From Squalus acanthias (lineage: Eukaryota), in assembly GCA_030390025.1 (NCBI GenBank), contig CM059432.1:25918001-25982000 (forward strand): a stretch of 64,000 nt of DNA, given 5' to 3'. The notes beneath the pieces were generated by a model. The model searched no databases and was not told the origin of the DNA. It saw only the letters and a list, made by a program, of their open reading frames with translations. The translations under genes and the position numbers were made by a program. Of this stretch, positions 1-11,740 are shown in pieces (positions within the stretch are counted from its first letter, which is position 1; every line of letters starts with the position of its first letter).

Positions 1-59
1 TTGTACTTTCCTCACGTACTTTGAAGTAATAATTTCTATTACTCTTAACCATTTAATAT

Positions 60-700
60 TTTATATACTTCAATGAGGTTCCCTCTTTATTCACCTCCAT
101 TTTAGATGTTAAAGGTCAATCTTCTGTAATCTTTCTTTATACCTTTACACTTGGAATTAATCTTGTTCATCTTTTCTATTTCCAGCATTCTATGCTGTAG
201 CATTGTCAGTAGAATTGAGCACAGTAGTCCAAGTGTGGTCAGACTGTGCATTGTAAAGCCTTTGTAGATTTTTACGGGTTGATTTTCCTCATCATTCAGT
301 TCCAAAGCACGATGAAGTGGAAAAGGGGTGGTGACCTGCTCATTGGGTCTCCATCCGCTTTACATTGCCCTACAATTTCCAAGGCTCTTCATAGCAATCA
401 GACTTGGGACTGCATCTGTAATAGGTGCAGACCCAGTAGCAATAGGAAAATGAAGTGTTGTCGGGCCTCTATTTTCTCTGCTTATGCTAATGGAATGCCC
501 CAACAAGCTAGTGATGGGACTTGTACCAGGACCCTCTGGAACAGACTGAAGACTAACATATCCCAGATTAATTTCCATGTCTCCTTCAACCAATTCAATT
601 TCATTAATTATATACTTCCGTACCACATTTTTTTTCAACCTGGTACTTTACATATTTAAATTCCATTTGCCTTTTGTCTGCCAACTTGCTTAACGCATCT
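60..700 (-). mobile_element. Highly decayed CR1 LINE RT fragment
   Basis: The minus-strand translation KYIINEIELVEGDMEINLG resembles the CR1 Y.lnG..L.....ErDLG motif. Downstream remnants resemble the RPxLEYC and ALEKVQRR regions. Heavily mutated. Confidence 0.5.
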
Positions 701-846
701 AAATCAGGTTGCAAATCATTTCTGCATCTTGAGTCTCGATTGTTTTCTCTTTTTTTTTTGCATTAACAGCAATTCTCACCACTTTCTGTTGGTTTTGGTA
801 GCCAGGTCTTTCACATCAATTATAAGCAACATGGGTACAAGACCTG

Positions 847-1795
847 GGGCAGGTGTTTCTGATAGGTTGTGCTGGTTTTTTGAGCGCAAATCGCCCATAA
901 TCAGCCAAACCAGCAAAAAAGATCGAGGAATTTCAAGCGCAAATTACATCCAGCGCAAATCGAGTTTCCGAGATATTTTACGCAAGTTTAAAAAAACTTT
1001 GCGCTAGAAGCTGGCCCCACACACAAAACTGGCCATGCCCCCCAGACTAATTTACTCACCATTGCAAGTTTCTGCTAATTGCGCCGGTTGGGTCCCTTTG
1101 AAGGAGGCCCTGAAAATTAAGCTTTTTTTGGCGCAAGGACACTAATAGGTATGTTTTAAAAGCTTTAAGTATTTCTTTTAATTTACTAAGAAACACCGAT
1201 ATAACTACAAAATATTGTGCGGGAAGCTGGCCCCGCCCACAAAACTGGCCATGCCCCCAGATCGAATTAATTAGCATGGCGAATTTCTGCCAATTGCGTT
1301 TGTTTGCGGTCCTTCGAAGAGGCTCTTAAAATGAAGCTTTTTTATTTTAGGTGCAAAGGCACGAATAGGCACCTTTAAAAAGTTTTTAAATATTAAAAAA
1401 TATTTGATTTACTAAGAAACTGACTAGTGTACACCAATGAAACTAGTAAATGGTTCTGTATTCTTTTTCAGTTTCAGTTATTTAAAATCGGGTTACTCAC
1501 AGTTGGTGGACTAGACACTCGGATTAAAAGTGCTTATTTTTTGTGAAAAACCCATTTTCAGCTCTATAAATAAAACTGCACCAACTTACCACACTTTATA
1601 TCAAGGAACATTTTTTTTTAATTACTTCCTAAAACGCTGCCCGATTACGCTGGTTCAAGGAAGATTTTACATTTAGTGATATGCAAATGACTTGAATGAA
1701 AACTTGAGCAATAAAAAACTTCTGGAATCTAGCGCAATTTTGAGCGCAATTTGCGCCCGGATCACCGATTGCACCCAAAGCGGAAACTCTTGGCC
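847..1795. mobile_element. Non-autonomous DNA transposon (MITE), probably PIF/Harbinger-type, with internal tandem duplication
   Basis: Imperfect TIR-like ends gggcaggtgtttc / gaaactcttggcc, possible CTG TSD, repeated gcgcaaat subterminal motifs. Internal ~216-bp direct repeat at 1007-1194 and 1223-1420. Confidence 0.55.
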
Positions 1796-2983
1796 CTGAT
1801 CTTTGCAGAATTTAATTTCACACGTCACTTCAGTCTGACATCAGGGTTGGGATTTTAACCCTCGCCCAGTGAGAATGGGGCATGGGAGGGGTTAAAATTT
1901 GAAAACTCTAACTCTCGGTTCGAATCCGCCACGTTTCCAGCCGCCATAATTAGTATGGCAGCGAAACATTCCATCGATGAGGCTCCCGCTAGTCAGATGG
2001 GTGCCTTCTTAACATTCAAAAATCGCAGCCCAATGACATCGGCGCCACGACATAATATTAACTTCACGTCAGGAGAAGTCCCGCGCTGTCTGCAACCCAG
2101 CAGTAGAGCCACGTCAGGACGCTAAGGCAACTTTAAAAAATTTGCTTCTGTTACAACTCCTTGTGAGCCAGTCCTAATTCCTACCCAAGAGTCTGATGGC
2201 TTTTAGTTGAATGAGAAGTCTTTCATTTGGAACTTTGTCAAATGCTTTCTGAAAGTCTAAACTATATAAAAGGAAATTCTACTATTAATATTATCGATAA
2301 TTTCCTCAAAATCAAGAAGATTGGTTCAAGCAGAATCTACCATTTCTAAATCCATGGGTGGTCATAGTACGTTACTCAACAGTTTATTCTCTAGCTTCCC
2401 CCTACCTGTTACTAACGTTAGTTGGAGAATAGCTTACTGCCTGTTTCCTGCCGTCGCTATGATTACAGCAATCCTCCCTGAGGCCTATCGCTGGGCGGGC
2501 GGAGCACCCTTCGCAGTCAGGTGGTTGGACCATTTATAATGCAAATCGGGGTCCTGTGATGTGTGCAGGAACATGTGCGTCCAATATCAGTTGGCGGTCC
2601 AACCGAAGAGGATCCAACAGGCAACTTTTGTGGGGCGGGAAGGAGCTCCTATGGGCTCCACAAAACTAGCCTGGGCTACTGCCACTCCAGGGTCCCTTCG
2701 CCCCTGAGATAGAACACCCTCCCCCAAACAGACCTACCGTCTACCAGCTCAGAGGTCAGCCGGGACGTCAGGTAGTGGCGTGACACGAAGTCAACGGGCT
2801 GCCCTGGGGTGCTCGATTTCCACCTGCAGCCCTCCAGCACAATGATAATCAGGACCGGCCCGCAAAATGGTCGACCACCCCATGATTAAAATCTACCCCA
2901 ATGTATTTCTGGCGTGAGGGATAAGGTGAGAAAGTGGGTAGGTGAGCTTCATCTACTAAAGAGGGATGAGATTTAAAGGCTTT

Positions 2984-3350
2984 GGGGACTAAATTCGGTT
3001 GATTTGCGCCTCCCGTTAGCGCCCTAAGAGGGCTAACGGGGCGCAAATCAACTAGCGCCTGGGTGCGGCGCCGCTAACGCCTCCCGCAAAATTCAGCGGG
3101 AGGTTAGCGGCGGCACTAACCATTAGCGCTGCGCGGCGCTACACCGCCAGCGATGACGTCATCGCCGTGCGCAGCGCCCCGCTCGCGCCCCAGCTGTAAT
3201 ATTGGGTGGCGCCCACCGAATTACCGCCGGATGCTATGTCCGCCGGGGACAGGGGGGCCTACCTGCGGCCGGGGCGGCGCTAGTTAAAGGGGAGGTGGCG
3301 GGCGGCCATTTTTGTTGCTGGCCAAGGGGGCACTACCCAATTTCTACCCC
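2984..3350 (+). mobile_element. Harbinger-type MITE (internally deleted relative of 15999-16741)
   Basis: TIRs ggggactaaattcgg / cccaatttctacccc with TTT on both sides. The first ~340 bp closely match 15999-16340. CpG-rich. Confidence 0.8.
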
Positions 3351-3595
3351 TTTTTCTTTTCTATAAAAATATCTGTTCCTATCCCTTTCAGTAAAAGCAA
3401 GTTCTATCCAGCATTTCCCGTTTTTAATCGAATACTTGCCTGATATGACAAGAAGCCCCAGTGGATCAACAACCAACCCCAAATTATCCGTTTCCTCCCC
3501 TTAAAGGAGTTGCATTGTAACAAGGTGAAATACAGTGAAGCTGCTAGCTTAGGGATTGACATCGAACATAGAGCTATCGTCAAAACAAGCTGAGT

Positions 3596-3671
3596 ATATG
3601 TGTGGGTGTGTGTGTACGTGCATGTATGTGTGGGTGTGTGTGTGTTTAAGGGGGGGTGTAGTTGTGTGTGC
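3596..3671 (+). repeat. Imperfect (GT)n microsatellite
   Basis: gtgtgggtgtgtgtgtacgtg... tract. Confidence 0.85.
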
Positions 3672-4574
3672 GAGATACACCAGGCATCGTAGGTGAACTG
3701 AGGAGGAGTGAATGCCCCATCTGTAGTGAGAACACCTCTACAAATGGTCTACCATCTGCTTTTATTTGCCTGACATAACCCTACTGACCCTGCTATGTTT
3801 TCCATCACTACACCGAGCCTGCTGCACTGAATCTCAGGATGAACCAAGCACAAACACCTGAAGAGGTTGTTTATACCAATCCAGCACCAGGTATATGAAC
3901 TATTTATGCTAACACCTTATCCCGCTGTGTGACTTAGTTCTCCAGAGGCTCGTCTATATAAGGAAATCCATACACAACTAATCTAATTGCTAATTCAGAC
4001 TAAATACTGTTAGAAATGTTATTAAATAATCACAACATGAATCTGTAATTAGTAATTTTCAGCAATTATAACAAAAATTAGATTCTTATTTACAACTGCA
4101 ACTGAACAGAATTTCTCCTTTAACTCTTTCACCAACTCACTCTGCTTTAATAGAAACCCTTCGGGATTATCTCAAAGTTATGACTCCTGCTTCAAAGGCA
4201 GAGTTTTACCTGTGGTGGAGGGTTCTTTCTACTCCTTCTTTTACAGCTTGTACATTGAAAATGAGGGCATTTTTCTGGGTTGTCTGTGAACTTCCCCAGT
4301 GCCTCAGTGAGTTTAACTGGTGAGTAAACATCCCAAGGCACTTCACAGCGTAGAAGCACCAGCACAAGCACATCCACCTCGGGAATTGAGCTTGAAGAGA
4401 AATCCAAGCAGTCCTGTCAGCAGTGGATGGGGAAGAACCATTAACAAGGCCATCTCATGACTGGCACAAGGAGGTAGAAAGCCACCTCAATCCCAAGTGG
4501 ATCCTGCAGACATCCAACAGCCAGCCACTTTAATTAATCCTTCCAGTGGTGAAACGCCTTGAAGCAGCACTACA

Positions 4575-4790
4575 ATCATAGAATCATTGAACTCTACAGC
4601 ACAGAAGGTAGCCATTTGGCCCACCACTGCTTTTGGTTGAGCATTCCATGTCAAAACAATTCTCTGCTTTAAAAAAAACTTTCTCCCAGCCCCTTCAGTT
4701 GTTCTTTTGGGGATGATTTTAAATTAATGCCATCTAGTTACTAACAGTGAAAATAGTTCCTCACTATTTATCTCATCAAAACCTCTCATA
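4575..4790 (-). mobile_element. Decayed CR1 3' end
   Basis: atcatagaatcat...cacagaaggtagccatttggccc is the typical reverse-strand CR1 3' tail. Confidence 0.55.
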
Positions 4791-5443
4791 ATTTGTTTTA
4801 ACAAAATTGCATTCATGTAGCACCAATGTTCCCGCTAAGCTGCGCGGCCATGCAGTCATTTGCAAGGTCCCGCGCAGGCTTTTACATTGTAGGTACCACG
4901 CATGCACAAACGTTTGAATGGGCCACGCATTGGGGGAGGCAGGCCACGCAGGAAGCCCCCATATTGAGTCGGGTAACTTTTAGTTGCCCAGGGTGCCCAC
5001 CTGAAACAGTCATTGGGCTGATTATTTATGCAAATGCAGACCCTATGTCAGGTGTTGAAGGCCATTGAAAAATAGCCCCTAAAAAACTGCCCCAAAATTG
5101 GGAGCATTTTTGTTTTTCGTGGCGTCGTAAGGCACAGGAGTATTCCTCCTGGCTCCACAACTGCAGGCCGCTGCTGGTCCAGGCTTGTTCCCATTTCGGG
5201 ATCTCCTCCCCTACCCCCTCATTGGAGTTGCCTGAGGGCCACTGCCATTCCAACTTGCTGCCTTTGGTACCAGCGAAATGCTTCCAGTTGCCCGCTTGGC
5301 GCCCGCAGCTTGCCAGTTCTATGGAGATGTGGCCCAGTGCTGAATTTGGTACAGACCTCGTGCCAGCGTGCGGAAAAATCGCTGCACTGACTTGCCACCC
5401 ATTTTGGGCACAAGTCCAATTTCTAGACCTTAATCACATTTGC

Positions 5444-5743
5444 AATGTAGGGAAATGGGTCAGCCAATTTGTGCACAGCAAACAGCAATGAGATAAATGG
5501 CCAAATGATCTATTTTAATGATAGTTAAGGGATAAATGTTGGCCAGGACACCAGAAGAACTCTGCTTCAAATAGTGCCAGGGGATCTTTTACTTCTACCT
5601 GAGATGGAAGGCAAAAGATGACACTTCCAACAGTGCAGCACTGAAGCATCATCCTAGATTAAGTGCTCACGTCTCTGGAGTGGGGCTTGATCCTACGGTC
5701 TGCTGGCTCAATGGAGAGTGATACCATTGAGCCAAGGCTGACA
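5444..5743 (-). mobile_element. tRNA-derived SINE, SacSINE1/DeuSINE-like
   Basis: Reverse complement of the tgtcagccttggctca head, with the gatccc...ggcactatt and gtcctggccaac body seen in the full copy at 42036. Confidence 0.8.
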
Positions 5744-6359
5744 TCTTTTGGCCATATTTATTAGATCTCCACCTAACCTTCTCAGTTCTAATCTGTCTTT
5801 ATATCTAAAGCCTCTTGTGCCTTCCTGGTGTACCTTAACTGGTAAAGGTGGTGTTTCTGACAGTCCCAAGTAGCTGCTCCATGCTCCTGGGTCTGGAAGC
5901 TTGGCTCCGTGGATATTAGCAGCTGTGGACAGATCGGCTCTTGCTGGACAAGCTCTTCTTCAGCCTCAAAAACCCAAGAAGTGACGATTGCAGAATATAA
6001 CCATGTTGCCAATTTTGGTTTCAGCAATCAAAATTAAGACAATTTCCCTTTCAGAACATCTGTCCTAAAAGGGCAGAATGTGACTGGCCGTTAACGTCTA
6101 TGTTATACGGGCAGAATGAGCGCATGGTGCAAATCAGCCATTATACAATTTTTAATTACATGTTAAGTGCACGTCATTAGATATATTAAGTTCTTGCACC
6201 AAACGTGAAAGGGCACTATGCAACGTGTTCACTGCCTCCAGAGAAATAGTCCAACGTGCAAGATGAGTGGGGTGCTGGGCCTATGCGTCTTCCCAACCCA
6301 AGTGCATCTGAAACCCACCACTAGGAACAATCCCACCAGATGGAAAATCTACCCCGTTA

Positions 6360-6630
6360 AGTGAATCTGGGTAGCTTCACCCCAGTTCCTGATGGGCATG
6401 GGCCCAGAGCACAAGACTACTTCTAAATCAACGCTAATTAGCACTCAGTTCCCGTCTCATTCAAAGTGGCCATCGATTGTCTGGTGTGGAGATCAGAAAT
6501 GTCACACTGATGCAGTAGGGGCACCATTCCGAGGTTGGGGCTGAGGCACATTGTTGAGGCAGAGCAGCGAGAGCTCTGTGGCTGACCTGAGAGTGCCTGA
6601 TGCTGATAACTGGATGCCTGAAATGGGAAA
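6360..6630 (+). mobile_element. Possible LF-SINE-like ancient SINE fragment
   Basis: Motifs cagttcc, gctaattagcac and ggggctgaggcacattg occur in the order recalled for LF-SINE. Not verified by alignment. Confidence 0.35.
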
Positions 6631-7511
6631 AATATTCCATGCTCCAGTACTAACCTTGATGAGCCAAAATGCACTCCAAAAAAAGCAAGAAACTGCTAGA
6701 CTGATAAAAGATAGTTATTGACAGGACGTGGTGTGGAAAATCACACACCCACTTCAGCAACAGAACTGAATGGCCCGAAGAATACAGAGTAAAACCTTGA
6801 CCACTGTTCTCTGATCACTTTAATGATGTCTTTTACTCAAATGTCATGCCTAATGACTTCTTTTACTATCACAGGTTTCCAATATTTAATGATCTGGTTA
6901 TTAGTACGAAGCTTAATGCCCGTTTATTGCAAAGCTGTAGGATTAAGCTCCTTGAAGCACAATTATACCAATCCTTTGTGCAGTAGTAGGGATGATTAGA
7001 TATTTTTCACTGATGATCTTCAATTAAGCAGCGGCGGGGATAGCAGTGAGTCACACGTCATTGCTTAAAGTCACCTGGATGTACGAAGTTAATTGCTTGG
7101 AAAGAGCAGGAGTGCGGAGATTAAATCTTTATAAAAAATGGGCTTCTATTTTAAAAAAAAGATTTATTGTTAATTTGATGCGGTGGGAAAGGGAAAAGGT
7201 ACATTTTAAAAGCATTTAACCTGAAAATTGGCCTGTCCTGCCTGGGAACGAGGAGCTGACTCTGATGTGAGATTACACAAACAGTAGAATCAGGCTGAGG
7301 TCTCCGTAGATGTTTCTCTCCTCTTTTTTTTCCCCATTCCAAATTCCACCCCCCCCCCCTCCTTCCCCCCGCCCCCCAAACCCCACCTGAAGGCGTGACT
7401 CTATGCTGGGATGTGACTCCACATGGTCTGGCTGACTTCTTAACTCTCCCAAGTGGTCTTCCTCCAGCTGGGATCTGGAAAGTGAGTTTTGAATGCTATT
7501 TGACCATGGTG

Positions 7512-8003
7512 CACTGGAGTGTCAGCCTAGATTTTGTGCTCAAGTCTCTGGAGTGGGGCTTGAGCTCACAACTTTCTGACTCTCTCCTTTGAGTCAGAAA
7601 GTTACAGGTTCAAGTCCCACTTCAGAGACTTGAGCACAAAATCTAGGCTGACACTCCAGTGCAGTACTGAGGGGGTGCTGCACTTTTGGAGGTGCCGTCT
7701 TTCAGATGAGATGTTAAACCACTCACGTGGAAGTAAAAGGTCGTACAACACTATTTTGAAGAAGAGCATGGGAGTTCTCCCTGGTGTCCTGACTAATATT
7801 TATCCCTGAGCCAACATCACTAAAACAGATTATCTGGTCATTATCACATTGCTGTTAGTGGGACCTTGCTGTGTGCAAATTGGCTGCTGCATTTCCTATA
7901 TTACAACAGTGACTACACTTCAACAAAGCACTTCACTGGTTGTAAAGCGTTTGGAATGCCCTGAGGTTATGAAAGGTGCTATAAAAGGGCAAGTCTTTCT
8001 TTT
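7512..8003 (+). mobile_element. SacSINE1/DeuSINE-like SINE with inverted duplicated head, 15-bp TSD
   Basis: SINE body 7591-8003, with an inverted copy of its first 73 bp at 7510-7582. TSD tatttgaccatggtg at 7497-7511 and 8004-8018. Confidence 0.85.
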
Positions 8004-9904
8004 TATTTGACCATGGTGGCCTGTGTAGCCAAATACAATTCTGTTTTTAACTAACATCAACGCACTCACATATATAAACACACACACGCGCACACTCGAC
8101 AGCAGTAATTATTATATAACGATCTTGAGCAAGAATCCTGTTGTTTATTTTGCTCCTCCAAAGCCCAGTGGCACTGAGGTTAATTCTAGCACGCGCTACC
8201 TCTAACTTGTGATCAGCTAATGCAGCATGGACTGCTTGTCAAATCTGGACTCCTCTAGTTTTGTTTGACAGTTCCACAACGGAGAACTGCACTTTAAGAA
8301 AACTTGTTTGATGTTTCTTCAAATTATCTGCGCAGGCTGCTTGTTTGCTCTCAAGCCTCTCAAACTGATTCTCCTTTATCCAAACTCTACAACCCAATAA
8401 AAGATTAAGTGGTTGGCAGTGTAAAAAGATTTCCAACTTGTTCAAAGGACAAGTCTCCGTCTTAAAAGTCAAATCGATAATAATTGACTTTGTTATGTCT
8501 AAAAGGTGGACAGGCATTGGCCTTTCAGCTGGATGGTGTAGACCGATGCCAGAGAAGCGCCCGCCATGGCAGAGGTGCCTGCCAGTCCATGCAAATTAGA
8601 TGCCCTCCCGCTGACTACACAAACTCTGGCAGGGTCAGCACTGGAGGACGCCAGCAGGCACAGTCCCAGTGTAACTGCCGGGATCGCATCCCGTGCAATT
8701 TCAGGGCCTTTATTCAAACAGTATTTGGAGGACCACACAACTAACATGCATTGGTTCCCCCAGTGGCTTTACCCAGCGAGGAGCTGAGCCATACAGACCA
8801 GGAAGGATCCCAGATACCAGACCAGAAAAGAATGCCTCAGACTGATATTCCTGCTCTGTTCTCCATCTCTTCCCCCCTCCACCCCGCCCCTCACCAAAAA
8901 TCCCAAAACATCAGGGAAATGGGTTGTTCAGCTAAATAGCCTGAGAAATGACCACAATAACCACTAAGCTACCAGAACATCAGACTGGCCAGATAAATTG
9001 GACGCACACAGCAACACATAATTTCAACAAGAACAACATGTAAGTCACTCCCTTCCAGCTGTTGACAGCAGAAGCAAAACATGGTTTGAATGAATAGGGG
9101 TCAGTGCAAACATCTGGCATGCTGCTATCAATAAAGAATAACCAATGTTCTTTCTAAAGTCTAAAACATCTCACTGTGAATAACAAGTAGCATTTTCCTA
9201 GATTGTCAGGCTTCTCATTAACGTGATCAATAGAATTAATGTATTCACTGGTTTTTTTTCCCCCAAAAAAGAATAGAAATCATTCCAATTCCATTTGATT
9301 CAGATTCAAATGCTGGTCTGAAATTCATTGCCTAACTATGTCTAGGATTTACGTGCACGTTTGCTTGCTGTTTTGGAAATGCATTATGCTGTAAAATCAG
9401 CAGTAAAGCAGTGGGTTAACGCGGTGTGATGCTGAGCTGTACAGGGCCAGACTGCCCTACATTCAATCCTTGGTCTCCGCTCAGTCTGTGCAGCAAGGGT
9501 GGAAGCAGGTTGGAATCCACTTCTCCCTCTGTTCCCGGAGTTGCAATGAGTGGGAAGGTGTAGTAACCACCTAGTGGTGGGTAGTGAGGGAGGTAGGGTT
9601 GCTAAATCTGGTTGGAAGTATTCCTAGAGGTTCGGTCACATGATGTCTGATCACATGACATCTGTAACTGCATTTACCTTATCAAGGTTGGGTCCCCTGT
9701 AGTTGAGTATCTTTGCTCATGGTTTTGCCAGCTGTTGTGCGATAAGTCTCAAGAACCAGGCCACCAGCAAGAGAAGAGAAACCGAGGATGGGGAAGAGGG
9801 GAAACTGAAGGTAGTGGAGGGATCCACAGGGGGAAACCAGAGCTGGGAGGAACTTTGATTCCACTGGTAACTAATAGTAACTCACAGAAATTGCACTGAT
9901 ATCG

Positions 9905-10251
9905 AATAGTAATAACCTGATTATTTAAAAATGATGAGAGAGGGAAACCAGGGAATTATAGACCAGTTAGCCTAACATCTGTTATTGGGAAATTGCTAGT
10001 CTATAATTAAGGATAGGGTAACTGAACATTTAAAATTTTCAGCTGATCAGAGAGAGCCAGCATGGATTTGTGAATGGTAGGTCATGCCTGACAAACCTGG
10101 TTGAATATTTTGAAGAGGTGACTGCATTTAGTGGACAGGGGAATGTCTATGGATGTTATTTATGTGGACTTCCAGAAGGCATTTGATAAAGTCTCACATA
10201 AGAGACTGTTAACTAAGGTAGAGGCCCACAGAATTGAGGGCAAATTATGAC
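9905..10251 (+). mobile_element. CR1 RT fragment
   Basis: Encodes PGNYRPVSLTSV, QHGFVNGRSCLTNL and YVDFQKAFDKVSH motifs with frameshifts. Confidence 0.9.
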
Positions 10252-10790
10252 ACCCATTTCTCAGTCTCCCTCTCTCACCTGAGCTCACATCCCCGATCCC
10301 ATTCCCCAGTCTCCCTCTCTCCTTGGGACCCCATCCCCAGTGCCCTTCTTGCCCTCCGCCCGAGCCCCACTCTCCCGACACCCATTCTCCCTCTCCCCCT
10401 CTCCCCATGCCCATTCTCCAGTCATTCTCTCCCTGAGCCTACATCATTCAACTCCCAATCCACAATCTCCCTCACCCCCTGAAACCCCATTCCCTGATCC
10501 TTATTCCCCAGTCTCCCTCTCTCCACCCCTGAGCCCCCATCCTCATCCCCTGACCCCCAGTCTGCCGTCTCTCTCTCCCCTTGCCCCAAGCTCCAATTTC
10601 CCAACCCTCCCATTCCCCGTCATCCACTCTTTCCCCTCCCCCCCCATCCAAGCCCAAATCCCCTGCCATCTAATCCCTGTTCACCTTCTTCCAACCCAGC
10701 TCCACGCCGCTCCCTGCTTTGTCTCTCTAGCTCTCCCTTCCCCCCTTCCTCCCGCCCATCACCACCCCACCCTGATGATCGGCTGTTTCT
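10252..10790 (+). repeat. C-rich polypyrimidine low-complexity tract
   Basis: Repeated ccccagtctccctctctcc-like units. Confidence 0.85.
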
Positions 10791-10911
10791 CCACCAGTCC
10801 ATCCCATTTCTGGTCACCTCTAAGCGGGGGCTATCTCTCTATGGTGATTAAGATGCTGAGGTCACCTAGCTGGAGGCTTCTCTTCAGCAGCAGACAGTGA
10901 TATCATGGAGC

Positions 10912-11062
10912 GGGGAGGGAGGGGGGGGAGGGAGAGGGGGAGGGAGGGAGGGGTGGGGAGGGGGGGAGGGGTGGGGAGGGGGGGGGAGGGAGGGGGGGAG
11001 AGGGGGTGGGAGGGGGGGGAGAGGGGGGTGGGAGGGGGGGGAGAGGGGGGTGGGAGGGGGAG
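10912..11062 (+). repeat. Nearly pure G/A tract (G-quadruplex / H-DNA prone)
   Basis: About 150 bp of G runs separated by single A or T. Confidence 0.9.
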
Positions 11063-11294
11063 TCACTGTTACGGCAAGAAATTCAGAGGGCAAAATTCTT
11101 CCAGGCTAGCAGTAGTGCCCGGGAGTTTCATTCCTCATTTTGGGAGACGCACAGAAAATCCTGGAGGGTTGGTAACCCTAGAGGTAGGAGGTGGGAAAAT
11201 TAGAGCGGTAGACCTCCTGGCAACAGGGGTTGTGGGGGGCGGCATTCATTTGGCAGGCCAGATAGGTTGGCTGCAGAGATGTTACAGCAGGCGG

Positions 11295-11314
11295 AGAAAG
11301 AAAAGGAAAAAGAA

Positions 11315-11355
<41 letters not shown>
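11295..11355 (+). repeat. (GA)n purine microsatellite, expanded SINE tail
   Basis: gagagagaaagagagaga... directly adjoining a minus-strand SINE 3' end. Confidence 0.85.
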
Positions 11356-11358
<3 letters not shown>

Positions 11359-11740
11359 CTTGCATTTATGTAGCACTTTTCACGACCTCAGGGTGTGCCA
11401 AAGCACTTACAGCCAATGAAGTACTTTTGAAATGTAGTCACTGTTAAAATGCAAGAAACGCAGCAACCAATTTGGTTGCACAGCAAGGATCCACAAAAAA
11501 CAATGAGATAATGACCAGATTATCTGCTTAATGTCAGCCTGGATTATGTGCTCAAATCTCTGGAGTGGAGCTTGAACGCACAACCTTCTGATTCAGAGGT
11601 GAGAGTGCCACCATTCAGCCAAGGCTGAAGAAAGAACTTACATTTATATTGCGCTTTACCATGTACCCGGGACAGCTCAATGCGCCTCACAACCAATTAA
11701 TTACTTTTGAAGTGTAATCACTGTCGTTACGTAGGCAGAA
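11356..11740 (-). mobile_element. Two adjacent SacSINE1-like SINE pieces (11356-11628 internally deleted; 11629-11740 tail)
   Basis: aacttgcatttat...gaagtgtagtcactgtt tails and a ccattcagccaaggctga head. Confidence 0.75.

Larger units (their letters stand above)
9594..11180. mobile_element. Non-autonomous hAT-type DNA transposon carrying a CR1 fragment and low-complexity tracts
   Basis: TIRs tagggttgctaa / ttggtaacccta. 8-bp flanks gagggagg (9586-9593) and gaggtagg (11181-11188) differ by one base, and an 8-bp TSD is characteristic of hAT. Confidence 0.7.

Noticed and set aside
3839..3890. Possible first coding exon MNQAQTPEEVVYTNPAP followed by gtatat
   Set aside because: Weak donor, no compatible downstream exon found, and no homology recognised
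8566..8787. ORF with a perfect Kozak context (gcccgccATGG)
   Set aside because: No recognisable protein, no convincing splice donor, and it runs into a SINE
10160..11447. Long Pro-rich and Gly-rich ORFs
   Set aside because: Artefacts of low-complexity C and G tracts
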